A stretch of DNA of 59,012 nucleotides, taken from the NCBI GenBank assembly GCA_903893925.1, contig CAITOC010000012.1:1-59012 (forward strand), written 5' to 3'. This DNA comes from Candidatus Moraniibacteriota bacterium. GTDB lineage: Bacteria > Patescibacteriota > Minisyncoccia > Moranbacterales > UBA1568. The position numbers and the translations under genes are program-made. Position 1 is the stretch's first letter; every line of letters begins with the position of its first letter. The notes beneath the pieces are model-generated. The model had not been told where the DNA came from and searched no databases. It saw only the letters and a program-made list of their open reading frames with translations. Of the stretch, positions 53,735 through 59,012 are shown piece after piece.

Positions 53735-54724
53735 TCACAAAAAGACATTTCGTATCACCTGAATGATGCTGTCGTTAAAGAGCATCGTCATCAGGAGACC
53801 GGCGACGATCCAGGGCGAGAACGGCATGTTCCTTTGCATGACGATCGAAGTAATCCCCTTTGACGTCAGGAATGCCTGAAGCAGGTCGACTTGTTCCTCA
53901 TCCAGACCATCCGCTTTTATGGAACCAAGCTCCTTCATGAACTCTTTCGGAAACGTTTCCGCCTCACGAAGTGTTATGAGCGGAAACTCCCCCGTCTGTA
54001 TTTCATCGGTATTTTTCGTATATGCTTCGTTATCGGCTATGTATTTCCGTATCACGAGCGAAAACGATACCCATACCAACATGCCGGAAAGGGCCGATCT
54101 CACGACATCGATCATCCCTTTCCCGTCAGACCCGACGATAAACAAGGGAACACATACGAACCCTGTGAGCAGGAGTATCCGCATACTGGCCTTCCCAAAA
54201 TTGGCCGATTTGAATGTCCGAATGATGCTCGCAACAGAAAAACGACCGGGGACAGACGGAAACATCAGGCCGAAATATCCCTTCACGGTGACCCCTCTTC
54301 GCAATTGACCTACCAGATAGGCAAGGGAAAACGCCGCCAGCATCACATAGGCACAAACAAAAACATTAACCAAAAACGTTATCGCCGGAAAGAACGGAAG
54401 ATAGTTTTTCCAGTAGTAATGCAGTGGCAGGAGAAATACGAACAAGGTAAATAATTTTGCATCGCCTGCCGGCCAGAAATTGATCGTCCAGAACAGGTAG
54501 CTTACACACAAAGCGATACCGGCATTCACCACGATCTGGCCGACATACGACATCGTCACGACGCCGATCGACAAACCGATCGCGTACAAGACGAGACCGA
54601 CGACAAGACCGCTCATGATGATGCTGTTCGGTATCCGCTTTCGAGAGATATCCTCGACGACGACTGCTACTCCGATACCGGCAATCAGGGCGAGGAGAAA
54701 GACATTGAATATAATCAGATTCAT
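53735..54724 (-). CDS. A24-family (prepilin/preflagellin peptidase-like) intramembrane aspartyl peptidase with extra soluble region
   Basis: First Asp motif VVEDISRKRIPN and second Asp motif WPAGDAKLF. A ~90-aa hydrophilic insert precedes the last TM helix. Confidence 0.6.
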   Translation of the reverse strand: MNLIIFNVFLLALIAGIGVAVVVEDISRKRIPNSIIMSGLVVGLVLYAIGLSIGVVTMSYVGQIVVNAGIALCVSYLFWTINFWPAGDAKLFTLFVFLLPLHYYWKNYLPFFPAITFLVNVFVCAYVMLAAFSLAYLVGQLRRGVTVKGYFGLMFPSVPGRFSVASIIRTFKSANFGKASMRILLLTGFVCVPLFIVGSDGKGMIDVVRSALSGMLVWVSFSLVIRKYIADNEAYTKNTDEIQTGEFPLITLREAETFPKEFMKELGSIKADGLDEEQVDLLQAFLTSKGITSIVMQRNMPFSPWIVAGLLMTMLFNDSIIQVIRNVFL

Positions 54725-55656
54725 TTCCGTATTTTTTTCACGATTTTATCCTTGTCTACGAATACCGGACTGAGTTCTGTAACGGAATAATACCGACCCC
54801 ACCCATAGATTCCTGCGCAGATATCCCGAAGTGAACATTCCTTACAACATGCCGCTTTCTCACTCATCCAGGTGTCCTGGATACTCTTTCCCTTCTCGTC
54901 CAAGAAATAGATGGTCCTTGCCTCTTCTTTGACAATCTTCCTGGTTTCCGTCGAGACATGTTCGAATCCGGAGAGATAACACAGTGGCACCCGCTCGACC
55001 CGGAATGTTTTTTCTTCCGACGTCAGATGTGTCAACGCCCGATGCAGTTCCAATTCGAAGTCATGCAGTCTCGGAATAACCTCCGGATTTTCGGAAGCGC
55101 GGTTCATAAAGGGGTCGAGGTTATTGAACACAAAATGTCGGATGAACGGATGCCGCGTCGTGAGCCACTTCACTGTCTCTGAGAGGTGATCGGCATTAAG
55201 CTTACTGATGGCGATATTCGCGTCGACCGTCATCGTTCCAAGTTTCTTCAAATTGTCGAGTGCTCCGATTATATTCCGAAGAGAATCAGGATTGTTCGAA
55301 AGCTTCGCCTGCACGTCATCCCGACATGAATAGATCGAGACATGAACATGCCTGAGTCCGGCATCTTTCAGGGATTCCGCATACCCAAAATCGGCCATCC
55401 TCTGACCGTTCGTGATAATCCGTGGCATCACGCCCTTCGCACACGCATACGTGATGAGACCGGTAAGGTCCTTATAGAGTGTCGGCTCTCCCCCGGTGAT
55501 GATCACGCCTTCCCCGCCCTCCTTCTTGATCTCGTCGATTTTGTGCTTCGCCATTGTCAAGGAGAGCCTCCGCTCTGTCGGAGGATTGGAACAGATGATG
55601 CACCGCTGATTGCATCGTCTCGTCACCTGTATATATCCCAGTCGCGCCATACGCAT
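54721..55656 (-). CDS. Radical SAM protein D (short form)
   Basis: CNQRCIIC (CX3CX2C), GGEPT and C-terminal CCKECSLRDIC-AG. Its stop overlaps the peptidase start by 4 nt. Confidence 0.8.
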   Translation of the reverse strand: MRMARLGYIQVTRRCNQRCIICSNPPTERRLSLTMAKHKIDEIKKEGGEGVIITGGEPTLYKDLTGLITYACAKGVMPRIITNGQRMADFGYAESLKDAGLRHVHVSIYSCRDDVQAKLSNNPDSLRNIIGALDNLKKLGTMTVDANIAISKLNADHLSETVKWLTTRHPFIRHFVFNNLDPFMNRASENPEVIPRLHDFELELHRALTHLTSEEKTFRVERVPLCYLSGFEHVSTETRKIVKEEARTIYFLDEKGKSIQDTWMSEKAACCKECSLRDICAGIYGWGRYYSVTELSPVFVDKDKIVKKIRK

Positions 55657-55661
55657 CTGTA

Positions 55662-56855
55662 TTAAACCTTTCGTCCAGCAAAATTATGCGGTTCGATCCG
55701 TTTCTTGGGCTTTATCTTGGGTTTCAATATTGAAAATCCATTTTTCCTCACATCCCCAATCCATGCCCCGTCACAGGTTTCGAAATACCGACATTCTCGA
55801 CACCGGAGACTCTTCACGAAATACCGGTTTCCGATGAAGAAATGCGTGAATGATTCGAGCGTAAAATCCTTATCCATCCTGAAAACGGGAGTGGGTTTCC
55901 GTCCCTTCATCACTGATCCGCAACAAGGCGGATCCGCTCTTCCCGGTAAGGACTTCTTTGCCAACAGGAGATCGAGGTCGGCACAAAAGCCACTCATAAA
56001 ACAGTATCGGCACCGCTCCCCTTTGCACGACATCGGGATTCCGCGCTCCACAAGTCGCGCCAATCCGAAGTGCATTCCCTTCACCTCGTCATTTATCTTC
56101 ACGGGATTCTGAATGAGATCTTCAAACCCTTCTAGGTACTGAGCCGGCAACCGGTTCGTCCAGATAAACAAGTTCTTGTTTTTCGACAACCCGAATGCGT
56201 CACGTAAATAGTTGTGGGTCTTCTCTGGATCAAAGAACAGCTCACTCCGGTTCTTCCATGCATCCCCAAACGGGATTGGATACAGGAGATCAAATTCGCT
56301 CACCCCGAGTCGAATATAGAATTGGATTGTCTCCTTGAGCGTCTGATAGTTTATCTTGTTGATGACGATGTCTACGTTCACGATGAAACCCTGTTTTTTG
56401 GCGTTCAGCAATCCGGCAAGCGCCTGATGGTAACTCCCCTTGATACCGGACATGCTCTCGAAGTCTTCCTCGATATGGCTGTGGAGCGAGAGCGTCACCT
56501 CGTCGAGTCCGGCCTTCTTCAGATCCTTCGCGAACTTCTCATAGGCGAGCATCCGTCCGTTGGTGATGATCTGCACATGTTCATATCCGAGAGATTTCGC
56601 CTTGGCGATGATCTCACAAAGCTGTGGATGAACGGTCGGGTCTCCCCCCGAAAGAACCGCACGTTTTGCTTCGCCTGAGAGTCCTTTCTTCAGATCGGCC
56701 ACGATCATTTCCACCGGGAATATCGAGCCGTTCTGGTTCTCGCGGTCGAGACAAAACAGACACCGGTTATTGCACGCGCGGGTGATCCGCACCCAGTGTT
56801 TTTTCTGTTCGGCGACGGCATCTTTCACTTCGTTCCTGCCGGTTCCTTTTGCCAT
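55662..56855 (-). CDS. Radical SAM protein C (long form, two extra Cys clusters)
   Basis: CNNRCLFC, SGGDPT, CKGERCRYCFMSGFC and CRECRYFETCDGAW. Start set at MAKGTG (56855) to avoid overlap with the upstream paralogue. Confidence 0.8.
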   Translation of the reverse strand: MAKGTGRNEVKDAVAEQKKHWVRITRACNNRCLFCLDRENQNGSIFPVEMIVADLKKGLSGEAKRAVLSGGDPTVHPQLCEIIAKAKSLGYEHVQIITNGRMLAYEKFAKDLKKAGLDEVTLSLHSHIEEDFESMSGIKGSYHQALAGLLNAKKQGFIVNVDIVINKINYQTLKETIQFYIRLGVSEFDLLYPIPFGDAWKNRSELFFDPEKTHNYLRDAFGLSKNKNLFIWTNRLPAQYLEGFEDLIQNPVKINDEVKGMHFGLARLVERGIPMSCKGERCRYCFMSGFCADLDLLLAKKSLPGRADPPCCGSVMKGRKPTPVFRMDKDFTLESFTHFFIGNRYFVKSLRCRECRYFETCDGAWIGDVRKNGFSILKPKIKPKKRIEPHNFAGRKV

Positions 56856-56874
56856 AGTTCTGACGGTAACACGC

Positions 56875-58014
56875 TTATTCCTTCTCAACAACCGGCCGCA
56901 GTATCTTAAATCCACCGGCCCGGATATCCTCGACCCAGGCACCGTCGCACCGGTCAAAATGAACACATCTTTTGCATCGCAGACTCTTCACGAAATGCCG
57001 GTGCTGAATATAGAAGTCGGTGAATGATTCAAGCGTAAACTGTTTATCCTTCCGGAATGTTTTTCCTTTTTTTACGCCCATCACCTTGATACACTTTGGA
57101 CTCTCCCTGCTTTTCAGATCCCCCTCCTTCATGACCCTTTCGAGGTCACGACAATACCCCTGAAAATAACAGAGCGCGCAACGCGGTCCCCTACACGCAA
57201 TCCGTTCGGCTCCATCGACATACGACGACAATTCCGGATACCTTCCCAGGACATTGTCTTCGAATTTTCCAGGTTCACCGATATACTGTTCAAAGTGCTC
57301 CAGATAGTATTCCGGGATCTTATTGGTTTCGATACGCACATCTTTCGGTATCGGCAACGAAAACACTTTCTGAAAATATGTATATGCCGTTTCCGGAGGA
57401 TCCATCGGATATCCGTCCGTCTTCCACGACGAACCGAAGGGCTGGACCTGAAAAAGATGGACATCCTTCATCCCGAGCGAGATGAAAAATCGAACGGTTT
57501 CACTCAGCTTTTTGTAATTCACCCTGTTGACCACGATATTTATGAAGCACCGTATCCCATGCTTCCGGACATTCAACAAACCCCTGAGTGCCTGTACATA
57601 GCTCCCCTTCGCTCCCGAAATCACTTCGAAGTCCGCCTTGATATGGCTATGCAAAGAAAGGACGATGTCGTCGAGACCTGCCTCCTTGAGATCGAGTACG
57701 AGCTTCTCGTTTGCAAGCATCCGACCGTTACTGATGACCCTGACATGCTTGTATCCGTACCGTTTGGCTTTCCTGATGATTTCGGGAAGGTCGGGATGGA
57801 GAGTCGGCTCCCCACCCGTAATAATAAGCATCTCGGCTCCGGATGCTGAATCTCGTTTGAGTCGTCTGACGTATTCGAGGATTTCTTCAGTCGGAATCAT
57901 CTCGTCTTTCTTTCGGTCACGACCGCTGTAACAAAAGAAGCATTTGTTGTTACACAGACGCGTGACACAGACGATATATCGGGATGTCCCGTCTTTTCCG
58001 GTCGATGCCCGCAT
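56875..58014 (-). CDS. Radical SAM protein B (long form, two extra Cys clusters)
   Basis: CNNKCFFC, GGEPT, CRGPRCALCYFQGYC and CKRCVHFDRCDGAW. Clear paralogue of protein C. Confidence 0.8.
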   Translation of the reverse strand: MRASTGKDGTSRYIVCVTRLCNNKCFFCYSGRDRKKDEMIPTEEILEYVRRLKRDSASGAEMLIITGGEPTLHPDLPEIIRKAKRYGYKHVRVISNGRMLANEKLVLDLKEAGLDDIVLSLHSHIKADFEVISGAKGSYVQALRGLLNVRKHGIRCFINIVVNRVNYKKLSETVRFFISLGMKDVHLFQVQPFGSSWKTDGYPMDPPETAYTYFQKVFSLPIPKDVRIETNKIPEYYLEHFEQYIGEPGKFEDNVLGRYPELSSYVDGAERIACRGPRCALCYFQGYCRDLERVMKEGDLKSRESPKCIKVMGVKKGKTFRKDKQFTLESFTDFYIQHRHFVKSLRCKRCVHFDRCDGAWVEDIRAGGFKILRPVVEKE

Positions 58015-58015
58015 A

Positions 58016-58933
58016 TTATTTTGGTGTATTCACGGGTTTGAATTCGTCCCAACCAAACGCATCCGGATATTCCTTCCACGGACCCTCACAAACGGCATCG
58101 TACCGGCACTTCACGCACGCTAGCCCCTTCGTCTTATCCTTCGTGACGCGCATTTTCTTGTAGTCCTCGATGATGCTTTTCTGATCGAAAATCCGTATAT
58201 CAGGCATCACCGTTTCGGAAATGCTCTCCTCATATCCCGAAAGCAGACAAAACGGCACCCCTTCGGTCATAATCCTCGTATCGAGTACCCGTCCGATATC
58301 GATAGCCCTTTTCAGGTATGGTGCGACCATCTCCATTCTCGGCACCACCGAATCAAAGTTGTTCTTGGCCGCGCCCAAGGGATGCACGAACGCAAACTGC
58401 ATCTGATCGACCCGCAGTCCGATCAACACCTTCGCGATGTCCGGCAGATGCCGATAGTTCGATTTTGTGATCACGGTATTCATGATGACCCGCTGGCCCA
58501 TTTTCTTGAGCGTCCTGATCCCGACGATAAGCTGACGGAAGCTCTTCGCCCCGGTAAGATAGTTATGCAGTTCCGCCGTATGCCCATGAAGCGCCAAGGC
58601 GAATTCGTTGGCTCCGGCCGCGATCATATCCTTGCAGAACTGCTCATACACGAACATCCGGCCGTTGGACTGTATCTGGATCGTCTTGAATCCGGCCTTC
58701 TTGGCCTCGGAAACTAGCTCGATTAAGTCCTTCCGGATGGTCGGCTCCCCGCCGGTGAACACGATCGTATCACATCCTTTCTTCGCCTTTTGGATGATCT
58801 CTTTGAGTTCCGCCGTGCTCTTATTCCCAAATTTCTTCTTTTCCGGTCCCTGCACACAGAACAAGCAGCTGTTGTTACAGAGGAAACCCGTCTTGATATC
58901 GGCTTTTTTCATATACATGCGAGACACGCTCAT
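58016..58933 (-). CDS. Radical SAM protein A (short form)
   Basis: CNNSCLFC, GGEPT and C-terminal CVKCRYDAVCEGPW. Start is uncertain (58933 or 58912). Confidence 0.8.
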   Translation of the reverse strand: MSVSRMYMKKADIKTGFLCNNSCLFCVQGPEKKKFGNKSTAELKEIIQKAKKGCDTIVFTGGEPTIRKDLIELVSEAKKAGFKTIQIQSNGRMFVYEQFCKDMIAAGANEFALALHGHTAELHNYLTGAKSFRQLIVGIRTLKKMGQRVIMNTVITKSNYRHLPDIAKVLIGLRVDQMQFAFVHPLGAAKNNFDSVVPRMEMVAPYLKRAIDIGRVLDTRIMTEGVPFCLLSGYEESISETVMPDIRIFDQKSIIEDYKKMRVTKDKTKGLACVKCRYDAVCEGPWKEYPDAFGWDEFKPVNTPK

Positions 58934-59012
58934 TAATCATTTTCCCCTTCTCTGCCATATTGACATCTTTTCCGCCCCTTTGTCACAGGAATCTCGGAAG
59001 GATATCATACAA

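Noticed and set aside
56856-56966. Overlap of radical SAM ORF C (start 56966) with paralogue B
   Set aside because: The first 37 codons overlap the end of B in another frame and lack similarity to the paralogues. The internal Met (MAKGTG, 56855) restores a 19-nt intergenic gap and aligns the CX3CX2C motifs.

Overview
59-kb, gene-dense bacterial window with about 55 CDS, most on the minus strand. I recognised no rRNA, tRNA or CRISPR array by eye. GC looks mid-range but was not computed. Housekeeping anchors are lexA, a DEAD-box helicase, pyk, a short Rel/SpoT, gyrB, rplY, mltG and rmuC. Envelope genes are WecA-like, GT2 and GT39. These sit among many small hypothetical and membrane proteins, a 1332-aa orphan giant, and TfoX-N and PaaX-like genes. 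That content suggests a reduced-genome Patescibacteria/CPR-type organism (inference only). Main points of interest: (1) At the 3' end of the window (52.0-58.9 kb), four tandem radical SAM paralogues are tightly packed with an A24-type intramembrane aspartyl peptidase, followed by a secreted protein with five 4-Cys repeats. This is a candidate uncharacterised protein/peptide maturation cassette with no visible small precursor. (2) An AT-rich IS200/IS605-like HUH (RAYT-type) transposase gene is bracketed by a 32-nt perfect palindrome and a half-site. A third, 42-nt copy lies in frame inside the gene, and a related ~95-nt hairpin repeat occurs three times elsewhere. (3) The accessory stretches at 12-16 kb and 18-23 kb are built from reused modules: near-identical terminators, a promoter-like repeat (TTTACA-N17-GAAAAT with a conserved spacer), direct repeats bracketing a PaaX-like regulator, orphan promoter-plus-terminator units (possible sRNAs) and a stacked hairpin cluster. 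(4) Several structured or palindromic non-coding elements have no assignable family: 1152-1312, 12791-12820 and 47881-48001. All protein calls rest on motifs read from the supplied translations; no database search was run.
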